Assembly (NCBI GenBank): GCA_963575745.1
Contig: CAUYUJ010000155.1
Coordinates: forward strand, 1-64,000
Source: Prorocentrum cordatum
Lineage: Eukaryota
Direction of reading: 5' to 3'
DNA length: 64,000 bases
The notes under the pieces are model-generated. The model saw only the letters and a program-made list of their open reading frames with translations. It had not been told where the DNA came from and ran no database searches. Both the position numbers and the translations under genes were made by a program. Every line of letters begins with the position of its first letter. Position 1 is the stretch's first letter. Shown piece by piece: positions 39,296-48,909 of the stretch.

Positions 39296-39474
39296 TCGGG
39301 AGCGGCCAAGAGGGGGGTGTCCAAGAGGGGGGGGTGCAAATCATGACCGGCGGCATGTGCGGGGCCAGGGACGTAATGAAACAAGAAGGGGCGCCACGAG
39401 ATCTGGGGAAATATATGGGCCCCGCCATGATATCCACCCCCCCTAGTCATAATCCCCCTCTTTTCCGCCCCCGA
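39296..39474. mobile_element. Second copy of the same MITE family, not in a recognisable exon
   Basis: Same TIRs and internal GCAAATCATG / CCCGCCATGATATCCACC blocks. Flanks are ATCGA/ATGGA (5-bp TSD with one mismatch). Confidence 0.85.
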
Positions 39475-39669
39475 ATGGAGGAGCCGACGGAGCCCGGACA
39501 CGGCCGGCACCACCGAGCCGCGCAATATTACACGGGGCCAGCCGCGCGCACCTGCCGCAGGTCGGAGCACCCACGGCCGACGCACGACAAGGACGCCGCT
39601 TCGAGAACTCAGCCAAGTTGTGTTTCGGAAGCTGGGCGAGGGCTGGCAAATCCGTGGCTGCCAAAACTG

Positions 39670-39835
39670 ACTACCTACCAGACCCCCCCCAACCCAACCC
39701 GAAGACCCAAATTTCGGGTTGGGGGGGGGTACGGGTTCCATACGTGTTTTTTCTATGTTCCCCGACCCCCCCCCCACTGGAAATGGAGGGCATATGGAGG
39801 CCTTCGGGTTGGGTTGGGGTGGTTTGGTAGGTGGT
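39670..39835. mobile_element. MITE (TIR ACYACCTACCARACCMCCCCAACCCAACCCGAAG), possible decayed 9-bp TSD
   Basis: Inverted ends; homologous to 57933-58104; flanks CCAAAACTG/GAAAAACGG (6/9). Confidence 0.78.
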
Positions 39836-40362
39836 GAAAAACGGTCTTCCCGGAAGCAAGAACAACTTCCCGGAAGAATAAGACTCAGCGCGCAAAATAG
39901 TCAGCGGGCCGCTTCCCGGCAGAAAAAGAATAATTTCCTGGAGCTCCGTTTTAGCAGCAATGGGTTTGCCGCCCTTCGCCTGGCTTCTGAGTGCTGCAGC
40001 GGACTTTTGCGTGGATTCCTGTCAGTGCAAAAACCCCGAAGCGGCGAGCGAGAAAGGAAATTAATGTCACATGGATTTGTTGTAGTAGTCGTCATTCCTG
40101 GACCCAAAAAAACATACGAAACTCACTCCGAAGTCCGGAACGAAATTCTCCAGGACAATCCGGGTCCATCCAAGTGTTTTCCGAACGACGAAACCCTTTC
40201 AAAACGACGAAAACCCTTCCGAAAGCCTCCCGAAGCCCTCCGAGGAGCCTCAGAGAACCCTTCCCGGAGGGTTTTCGCATGGTTTCGGAAGGGGTTCGGC
40301 TGTCTTGACAGGAAACCAGCCCCTAGTGAATCCTGGATTTTCCAACGCTAGTGACCTGGTTG

Positions 40363-40508
40363 GTCGGGCATGTCCCCCTACAGGCGGATTTTGGGCGAAA
40401 AAAATATTCAACCAATATCCAAGAATAGACAAAAAATACTAAAAGAATCGTCCCCATACTATGTTTGGCTATTTTTGGATATTCCTTCTGTAGAGGGACA
40501 CGCCCGAC
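40363..40508. mobile_element. MITE, same family as 4918-5081
   Basis: GTCGGGCATGTCCCCTACAGG ... CTGTAGAGGGACACGCCCGAC. Confidence 0.78.
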
Positions 40509-40648
40509 TTAAATGATCCCGAAGGCTTCTCTGAACTGGTCGTCTTCGCGTCTCTGCCCCGGTCGATCGCCCAGATCCGCTCCTGTGGCTGCCCTTGCTG
40601 TCGCTGCTGGCTGCTGCTGTAGCGGCCGCGGTACGGCAGTGGAGCGGA

Positions 40649-40777
<129 letters not shown>

Positions 40778-41844
40778 ATTGAAAAAAAACAGCCCCCCAG
40801 AGAAAAACCTTACAAAGGGCCAGCCGTGGAGCCCCCCTATCGCGCTCCTCCCTGCTGGGAAGGAGCGAGGGGGGGAGGAGGAGGAGGAGGAGGAGGAGGA
40901 GGAGGAGGAGGAGGAGGAGGAGGAGGAGGAGGAGGAGGAGGAGGAGGAGGGGGAAGAGGAGGGGGAGGAGGATGGAGGAGGATGGAGAAGGATGGAGAAG
41001 GATGGAGGAGGAGGAGGAGGAGGAGGAGGAGTGGGATGAGGAGGTGGGATGGGAGGGGCGGGGGGGGGGGGCGGCAAGCGAGGTACCCGCCTAGCTGACG
41101 TCCTACCCCTCCCTCCCATCCCTTACGACGGCAGAGATCGCCTCTCTCTTCGCACAGTCGAATGTCGCAGCATGGCATAGCATTACATGGCGTAGCATGA
41201 TGCTGACGATCAACGCGTAGCATGACATAGCACGGAGAATGGGGGTGAACATGGAGATTCGGGAACCTCATAGCCCAACGCTTGTGGCCAAGCACCTTAA
41301 AAGCTTGAGGCGGAGCCGGAATCCCCAGCGCCCCTAGCCTCGCCGCAAAATGAGATCTTCACCACCGCATCACCTTGCACGGCCCCTGGACAGCCAAAAT
41401 CGCCAAAACTGAACGACCAAATCGCTGGAATATCACCGCATCGATCGCCAGCAACTGGCCAACTGAACCGCCGGGCGGGGGCTATTTCCCTGCAGCGTCG
41501 TGGTGCGATCGGGTAAACAAAAAACAGGCGCCATTCAGAATACGCACCGACAGCAAATCATAAAAATGGGCACGCAGGGGTACAAGGCACAGGATAAGGG
41601 TAACGCTGACAACTACGACGAATGACGACGACGACGACGACGACGACAACGACGTCATCGATGCCGATGACGATGACGATGACGCTAACGTGAACGATGA
41701 AGCTATTGATGGCGGTGATGATGTTCATGACAATGAGGATAACGGTCAAGACTGTGATGGTAGTGGTGGTGATGGCGAAGGTGGACGTCAGGATGAGGGT
41801 TGAGACGATGACGAGGATGACGCACGCAAAGCGGAGGGCGAAGC

Positions 41845-41884
<40 letters not shown>

Positions 41885-42812
41885 AAACACGACGGCCGCC
41901 GCGGAGGCGACGATGACGATGACTGCAGGGACCTCTTGTTGCCGCCGGCCCGCGCCTGGCACTCCCTCGGCGGGGCGGCGCGCGCGCGCGCCCCCACAAG
42001 AGCTCCCAACTTCGCGCTTCGCGCTGCGCGAAGCGCGAAGTGCGAATAACTTCGCGCTCTCGCGCCGCCTCCCAGGGGAGAAGGGGAGGAGGAATCGGAG
42101 CCGAACCGCGAAGCGCGAGTGCGCGAATAGCTTCGCGCCCTCGATGGGCGCCCTTGCCCCAGACCTCCGACGGAGGCGCCTGGAGCCCGCGGGCCCCAGA
42201 GGCCCCTCGGCCCCGAGGAGGCGGAGGAGGAGGAGGAGGAGGAGCGAGAGGGAGAAGGAGGAGGAGGAGGAGGAGGAGGAGGTGAGGTGTAGGAGGAGGA
42301 GAGGACTGCGCGGCGCGAAGAGGGCGAGGATAGAAGAAGGGAACAAACCGCACTTGTCTTAGATCGGCGGAGGGTTAGTGCCCGTTTTTGGCGTGCGCAG
42401 GCCCTTGCCGCGCGCGGATGGCGCAAGGGCGGATGAGCAGCCGCGGGGGGGGGCCTGCGCGGATCCAAGGCACGCGCGTGGGCGCCCAACGCTTATGTTA
42501 TGGCGCTACTTATTATTATTATTATATTATTCTTCTTCTTCTTCTTTTTCTTCTTCTTCTTTTCTCTCATTACGTCTTTTCATTTCTTCGAGGTGAGATG
42601 TCCAGGGGCTCTTACCCGCGCGGGCGCAAAGCCAGGCGCGTCACGAGGTGGCGCCCAGCAGGGCCTGAGCCTCGGCGGCACGCGGCGGACTGCGCGACTG
42701 CCCTCGACGGCGTCGTGGAGCCTCCCGAGCCCGGCAGGAGGGAACGAGGGAGAGGCGAGGGAGGAGGCAGGCGGATGGGGGGCGCTGGGGGGTGGGTGGT
42801 GGGGCGAAGTAG

Positions 42813-42968
42813 CTAGGAGGCCACATGCGACCCTACCCCACCACCCCACGATTTCTAAGGGGGGCAGGTGGGGTTCCCTGCGTTCGGGACCTCCCGAGCG
42901 AAGTGACCCCCACCTCCCCCCTTAGAAATCGTGAAGTGGTGGGGGAGGGTTCGCATGTGGCCTCCTAG
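42813..42968. mobile_element. Near-palindromic MITE (TIR GGRGGCCACAWGCGA...CACGATTTCTRAGGGGG)
   Basis: CTAGGAGGCCACATGCGA ... TCGCATGTGGCCTCCTAG; homologous to 61121-61270. Confidence 0.82.
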
Positions 42969-43739
42969 GAACACGGAGCACGGATGAGGGAGCAGGGAGC
43001 TGGAAGTAAAGAGGAGCAAGTGAGGGGGGAGCAGGGAGCAGGGAGAAGGGCTCTGGACAGTCCAGTGCAGGTGCGTCGCTGCTGCGCTTGATCCAGCACC
43101 GTCTGCTCTCTCCCTGCCGAACCCGACCCGATCGACCCTTCCCCAATCGCCTCCTCCTCCCCCTCCTCTGGCATCCTCTTCCTCCCCCTCAACTGCATCA
43201 TCCCTCTGTTCGGGGACAGCCGAGTGGGACCCCACCACCATCACCTCGTCTGGGTGCGCGTGGCCCTCGACTCCGCTGGACCTTCCAGGAGCCCACGAAC
43301 AGTTGGACAGTGCGCAGCAACCCAGGGAGCAGCGAGGTCTCAAGTGGGCCCGTTTACTCCCCGACTCCGCCGTGCCTCCCGCGAGCCCACGAAAAGGGCG
43401 ACAATTGCACAGTTCGCAGCCACCCAGGGAGCAGCGAGGTCTCTCGGTGCCGAGCCGCGCCGCGCGGGCCCCCGAGCCTCGGCATGCGTGCACCTCGGGC
43501 CGTGCTGGCGAGACCGGACGCGGGCGTGGCTCCTGCCTGGGCGTGGCGCGGAGTCCAGTTACCGAATTGCGCACAGGGAGCGGCACTCACATGTGACTGC
43601 TGGTGCTGTTGCTGCTTCGTCCCCGAAAAGGCGACCTCCTCCTCCTCCTGACCTCCTCCTCATCCTCCTCCTCCTCCTCCTCCTCCTCCTCCTCCTCCTC
43701 CTCCTCCTCCTCCTCCTCCTCCTCCTGCTCCGTTTCCTC

Positions 43740-43761
43740 TCCGTAGCCATTTTGGCTCAAG
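43740..43761 (+). other. Dinoflagellate spliced leader (DinoSL), perfect 22-mer
   Basis: TCCGTAGCCATTTTGGCTCAAG matches the DCCGTAGCCATTTTGGCTCAAG consensus. It is followed by GG, not the GT donor of an SL RNA gene. Confidence 0.97.
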
Positions 43762-43916
43762 GGCTTTGTCTTGGCGGGCTGAGCCCGCATAGGCAGAAAC
43801 GGACACCGCTGACACCGCGGCAGTGCGAGGGCGCTTGCGCCCGATCAGTTTCTTTGCAGTGCTGGTTCGCCCCAGCAACTGCTTCTCCACGGGGCTCGGA
43901 GTTCCCGAGCCATCCC

Positions 43917-44990
43917 ATGTCTTCGAAGGCGGCGAAGCGGCGGCAGAATGAGAGTGAGAACTGGGTCTGTCGTTTCTGCGTCCACGCTGTCACGAAGAAG
44001 CCCTGGTTCAACAAAGCAGGGGTCATGTACTGTCGCCAGTGCAGCCTGCACACGTCCGAGTGCTAGCATGAGAACTTAAGCCGACGGGTTCTCCAGATTC
44101 GAACTCGGTCTGCCGCTCGATGCCAGTGTTGCGGCAGCTTAAGAGGCAGTAGACAGCTAAAGCAGCAAGGGTATCTTTCTGATTCGTTACTGGGAAACCT
44201 ACTAATGGGCTTGTGATGCTAAGGCAGTGAGACAAGAGCAGCCGGGATTAAGTCAGGACGTCTCATCAAGCAAGAGGCGAGTGGAGGCTTTCCAGGACGA
44301 GGAGTGTCAGCCGTTACGAGAAGGAGTCAGCCCCTCGAGACGGCCTTGTTTGCTGACAGACCTGTTGAGGAGCAGGCTCGCAGTTTGGCAAACCGGCTTC
44401 AAAGTGCTCGGCATAAGGAAACGCAGCTGCAGAAGGCCCGCGATGAGCAGCAGAGCAAGATCAGCGAGCTCCAGAAGGTCTTGGAGAGCCTCGACACGCG
44501 TTTGGTTGAGGCCAAGGAGGAGGTCCTGCGGCTTGAATGTGAGACGAGGGCAACCATGTCCAAGGCTCAGCCACCCGACGGCAGTGGGGAAGGGCCTCCT
44601 TCGTTGCGGCAAATGCTCCCCACGCTCTCTGTGTCGGTCGAGCAGCTGGGGGTGGTCGCTTCTGGGCTGGGGGTTCCTCCAGACCTCTGGGAAGAGCTGC
44701 AGGCGATGGCGGCCACGATCAAGAAGCTCGCCGAACTCCCTGCAGCGCAGCCACCCACCCCAGAGCCACAGCAGCAACCGCAGACGCCCGTGGAGCCCGA
44801 GGAGGACCCCGAGGAGGACCCTGCGCCACATGTTGAGTCCATGGACGTGGATGATCTGCGGGATACTCTGGATGCAGCAGGGATACCTGCGCAACCCTCG
44901 GATGACGCCGAGGTGCTGCGTGGCAAGATCAGGAAGATGCAGACGAGCTACCTCTCCATGTGCAAGCGGCAAAAGCCGTCGGCCGAGTAG
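43917..44990 (+). pseudogene. LINE ORF1 (N-terminal Cys zinc finger plus coiled coil), interrupted
   Basis: ATG at 43917 gives MSSKAAKRRQNESENWVCRFC..WFN..YCRQC, with a stop at 44064-44066. After a ~240 bp disrupted patch, the frame 44304-44990 encodes a heptad-rich coiled coil (LQKARDEQQSKISELQKVLESLDTRLVEAKEEVLRLE). Confidence 0.7.
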
Positions 44991-45021
44991 GTTCTCGCTT
45001 GTGTTCAATGTGCTCAGTGTG

Positions 45022-48000
45022 ATGGTTGGAAGTGTTAGTGGAATGATGGTTGTTTCGGAAAGTGCAGGACCTTCCCCGCGAATGGAAGGAATATGGGGCT
45101 CGAGTGGCGACCGCTGTGTACTCGGAAGCGCTGGACCTGTTGTTGGGATGACTGGCACTGGTGATTGCGTGGAGGAGGCCAGCGGGAGCCCTTTCTCATT
45201 GAGTCGATGTGCTATTTCAGATGATGGTTCTAATTTTGCAGGGTTGGGACCTGCTTCTGTCCCATTGGCTTATGTGAATGCTGGTAGGTGGAGTACAAGG
45301 GCTTCCACCAGTCTTTTGTCTGCCCCTGGTAGTGGGCCAGGTGCTGGGGCTTCGGCGTCGGCCTCCTGTTCAGGGACAGCGTTGAGTTCGGCGACTCGGC
45401 AGTTCTATGCATTGGGAGCAGTTCTGGGTCCTGCCATCGTCCCTTCGCTAATGGAGGGCGACCGCTGTGCTCTCGGAAGCGCTGGACCTGTTGTCGGGCT
45501 GACTGGCGCAGGTGATTGCGTGAATGAGGCCAGTGGAAGCCCTCCCTCAGGGAAGGCTTTTATTCGGAGTACTACGGCTTCCACCAGTCTCTTGTCTGCC
45601 CCTGGTAGTGGGCCAGGTTCTGGGGCTTCGGCGTCGGCTTCATGTACCAGGACAGCGGCGAGTTCGGCGACTCGGCATTTCTCTGCATCTGGTGCTTTTC
45701 TGGAATCGACCTTCGTCCCTTCGCTTATGGAGGGCGGCCGCTGTGTTCTCGGAAGCGCTGGACCTGTTGTCGGGCTGACTGGCGCAGGTGATTGCGTGAA
45801 TGAGGCCAGTGGAAGCCCTCCCCCAGGGAAGGCTAGTATGCGGGGAACTACGGCTACCACCAGTCTCTTGTCTGCCCCTGGTAGCGGGCCAAGGGCTTGG
45901 GCTTCGGCGTCGGCCTCCTGTTCCAGGTCAGCGGCGGGTTCGGCGACGCGGCATTTCTCTGCCCCTGGTGGTGGGCCAAGTGCTGGCAGTTCGGCGTCAA
46001 GGTCAGCTGTTTCAGGAGGTTGGGGGCAGCCCGCGGTCATTGCCCCAAACGATGCGGCTGATGGTCCACCTCTCACTGGTACGAGGTCGGCTAAACGTTG
46101 CTGCATCACGACAGTCAATGCTGGCTCGCATGGGCCGCTGTTTGAGTATCTCTCGGAGTACCAGGGCTCGGTTCTCTTGGCGCAGGAGACCAGAGTCGTG
46201 GAGGCCCGTTTAGGAGAATTCCAGAATAGGGCGAGGGATGCAGGCTGGCACGGGCTGTGGTCAGCAGCGTTAGAGACGGGCGAGTCGGCCATGTCCAACT
46301 CGAGTGGGGTGGTGGTCTTTGCTCGCACCAACATCGCCATCACCGCCCCCCCTGACGGCAGCCATGTGATATATCCTGGAAGAGCGGTATGCGCCCACGT
46401 GCAATGTGGGGTCCCAGGTGGCATTGTCTTTGCTAGCGTTTACTTTGTGACGGCGATTGGCATGACTGGAGAAAATCTTGCTATACTTTGGGCAGTTGTG
46501 CAGAGGATTGCTCAGTGGCAGGCTCTGGGACTGGACTGGGTGATAGGCGGAGATTGGAATTGCGACTTCTATGCCGTCAATGTCAAAGGTTGGGTCGAGA
46601 AGCTTGCAGGCCTGGCGTTTGTTCCGTCGGAGGCCACGTGCATTACCGACGCTGGTTCGTCCAAGATTGATTATTTTCTGGCCGCCAGCAACTTGGTTCC
46701 AAGACTCGACAGGCAGGCGGTGGTGATGAATGCCCAAGCCACCATTCCACCTCCACATTTTCCCGTGCAGCTGGTGGTCCATGGGTCGGACAGGCCCATG
46801 TGGTGTCGAGTTGCTGATGAACCGAGGAAGTTTCCCCCGATCCCACCAGTAGGATGTGCGAGGTACCCTTACAACTGGGACGGGATCAAAGGCATGCTTG
46901 AGTCGGTGAAGGCGCCCAGTGACTTACCGCGTGTGTGGGATGCAGTACTTGATGGCGTTGATTTTGAGATCGCTGGGAGATTTGACAAAGTCGATGGTAA
47001 GGCCCAGGAATTCGTTGGACGAGCTGGACCCCCGAGATTCAAATGGGAACAAACGACATGGACTCCACCTCGAAAGCGAGAATATCGAGACTCCAGGGTA
47101 GCTGCGTGGGCCACGGCAAAGCGTTGGGTGGCCCACTTGCGGTCGGAGAAGGATAAGCTGCACCGTTTCTGTGAGCGGCTCCGAATATGCAGTGCGGTGT
47201 GCACGTTAACCGAGATGCAGTACTTCAAGGTGCTGCAGGCGTTCGACGAGGCTGGGAGATATTGTGTCAAGATTTCTGCTGAGCAGTGGGTGCTCAAGGA
47301 TTTGGGTGAGGAGTTCAGTGAATTTCTGCAAAAAGGGTTGGTGATGATTGTCGATCCAAACTTTGAGAGTATCACTGATGCCATTTCCGCCCAGGCCGAC
47401 AAGGTTTTAGGCCAGGAGCGTTCTAGAACGGAAAAGATTTGGAGAGAATGGGCTCGTGAGTCTTTCTTGGAAGGGGCCACTCGGGCCCATGCGATGTCCA
47501 AAGTCCGAGCACAAGCTGAAGTACTCCAATATTGTCAGGAGTCGCAGCCATACCAGCTTGCTGACCAGACTTTGCGGCAGTGGTCCAAGGTATGGACGCA
47601 CCATCGGCTTCAAGCGCCTGATCTTCCCTCGGATTCCAGTGAGTGGGACGCTCTTCCCCATATCTCTTTTACTGATGTAAGGAATGTCGTGAGGTCCTTT
47701 TCGACCAAGACAGCTGCTGGCCCTACGAGGTTGGCGCCGAGGAGTCTGGACGTCCTGTCCGACGGCGCGCTCCAAGCTATTGGCAACCTTTTCATGTTAT
47801 GTGAACGGTGGTTGTGCTGGCCAGCAGATCGAATATACAGCGAACTCGTGCGACTGCCGAAACCCGATGGCGATCACCGATTAATTGTTCTGAGTAACAC
47901 ACTGATACGTGTATGGGGGAAACTCAGGCGACCGATTTCGAGGGAATGGCAAGATAGATATGCCTGCCATGAGATGTGGGGCACGAAATCGGGGCAGACT

Positions 48001-48771
48001 TCGAGCGATTCGGCATTCGACCACAATTTGCAGCAGGAGATTGCCGAGTTGCTAGGGGAGAACACATGCACGATTCTTTTGGATATGTCCAAGTGCTACG
48101 AGATGGTAGACCCTCACGCTTTGTTGCGAGAAGGGAGAGCCTTGGGGTTCTCTATGCGATTGCTGTGGATGCTCGTGTGCAGTTACCAGCAGCCGCGAAG
48201 GATTCGCGCGTTTGGTAGCGTATCGGTTGGGCAGGTATCTTACCAAGGAATTTTGGCGGGTTGCACGCATGCTACTTTCCTCCTCTACCTGCTCACGTAC
48301 AGGGCTGTCAGTAGAGCAAACCAGGTCTCGGTCACGGTTACGCCCCGCACCCTCATGGATGATGTCGGGCTCCAGTCCATCTCGAAGGCCCCTGAGGACC
48401 TCAAGTATCTGGCCATTGCGGCCAAGGGCTTCGTCCACGATTCCAAGGGGCTGGGTATGGTTTTAAATGCTGCGAAGTCAGGCGGGATCCCTGGGAAAAA
48501 ACGTCTCTGGAAGACCGTCAGTAAGTACATGGGCTCCATGAATATCCCGTTCAAGGCCCACATGAGGAACTTAGGCCACGAGTTGTCAGGACCTCGAGTT
48601 TTGCGTAGGATCGAGAAGCGTCGCCTGACCAGTTTTAGAGATCGCCGCCAGCGTTTCACCAAGCTGCGAAGGGCGACAGGCAGGCGAGTGACATCGTTGT
48701 GGAGGACTGGGGCCCTGCCGTCATTGGCCAGGCGCCACTGTGAGGCACTCCAGAGCGACAAGGCTAATTGA
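45022..48771 (+). CDS. LINE ORF2 part 1: Ser/Gly/Ala-rich repeats, APE (EEP-fold) endonuclease, reverse transcriptase
   Basis: APE motifs: TVNAG, LAQETR, SSGVVVF, ASVYF, VIGGDWN, SKIDYF, PPHFPV. RT motifs: KTAAGPT, LPKPDGDHRLI, LLDMSKCYEMV, GILAGC, TLMDD, AKS. First Met after the ORF1 stop is at 45022, in frame with the 44227..48771 ORF. Confidence 0.92.
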   Translation: MVGSVSGMMVVSESAGPSPRMEGIWGSSGDRCVLGSAGPVVGMTGTGDCVEEASGSPFSLSRCAISDDGSNFAGLGPASVPLAYVNAGRWSTRASTSLLSAPGSGPGAGASASASCSGTALSSATRQFYALGAVLGPAIVPSLMEGDRCALGSAGPVVGLTGAGDCVNEASGSPPSGKAFIRSTTASTSLLSAPGSGPGSGASASASCTRTAASSATRHFSASGAFLESTFVPSLMEGGRCVLGSAGPVVGLTGAGDCVNEASGSPPPGKASMRGTTATTSLLSAPGSGPRAWASASASCSRSAAGSATRHFSAPGGGPSAGSSASRSAVSGGWGQPAVIAPNDAADGPPLTGTRSAKRCCITTVNAGSHGPLFEYLSEYQGSVLLAQETRVVEARLGEFQNRARDAGWHGLWSAALETGESAMSNSSGVVVFARTNIAITAPPDGSHVIYPGRAVCAHVQCGVPGGIVFASVYFVTAIGMTGENLAILWAVVQRIAQWQALGLDWVIGGDWNCDFYAVNVKGWVEKLAGLAFVPSEATCITDAGSSKIDYFLAASNLVPRLDRQAVVMNAQATIPPPHFPVQLVVHGSDRPMWCRVADEPRKFPPIPPVGCARYPYNWDGIKGMLESVKAPSDLPRVWDAVLDGVDFEIAGRFDKVDGKAQEFVGRAGPPRFKWEQTTWTPPRKREYRDSRVAAWATAKRWVAHLRSEKDKLHRFCERLRICSAVCTLTEMQYFKVLQAFDEAGRYCVKISAEQWVLKDLGEEFSEFLQKGLVMIVDPNFESITDAISAQADKVLGQERSRTEKIWREWARESFLEGATRAHAMSKVRAQAEVLQYCQESQPYQLADQTLRQWSKVWTHHRLQAPDLPSDSSEWDALPHISFTDVRNVVRSFSTKTAAGPTRLAPRSLDVLSDGALQAIGNLFMLCERWLCWPADRIYSELVRLPKPDGDHRLIVLSNTLIRVWGKLRRPISREWQDRYACHEMWGTKSGQTSSDSAFDHNLQQEIAELLGENTCTILLDMSKCYEMVDPHALLREGRALGFSMRLLWMLVCSYQQPRRIRAFGSVSVGQVSYQGILAGCTHATFLLYLLTYRAVSRANQVSVTVTPRTLMDDVGLQSISKAPEDLKYLAIAAKGFVHDSKGLGMVLNAAKSGGIPGKKRLWKTVSKYMGSMNIPFKAHMRNLGHELSGPRVLRRIEKRRLTSFRDRRQRFTKLRRATGRRVTSLWRTGALPSLARRHCEALQSDKAN
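45106..45965 (+). repeat. Three in-frame tandem repeats inside the ORF2 N-terminus (spacings 351 and 276 bp)
   Basis: G(D/G)RCxLGSAGPVVGxTGxGDCVxEASGSP...TSLLSAPGSGP..ASASASC..SATR begins at 45106, 45457 and 45733. Confidence 0.9.
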
Positions 48772-48909
48772 AGCAGTCAGGCAGATTCGTGCGGTCCTCA
48801 CTGGGGCTCTGAGATCCACACGAGGCTCCGGCGTACTTGCTCTCTGACCAAAGCGGACAGTATGACCCATATACCATGGGACGTGTGCGGTTTTGATTAA
48901 GTATTCGGA

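Noticed and set aside
43740..43830. SL RNA gene
   Set aside because: The SL is followed by GG (GC at the 13037 copy), not a GT donor with a short SL intron and T-run. Downstream is retroelement UTR and ORF1.
44227..45021. N-terminal 265 aa of the listed 1514-aa ORF
   Set aside because: It overlaps the coiled-coil ORF1 frame (44304-44990) and reads as an off-frame Arg/Ser-rich shadow. ORF2 more plausibly starts at or after 45022.
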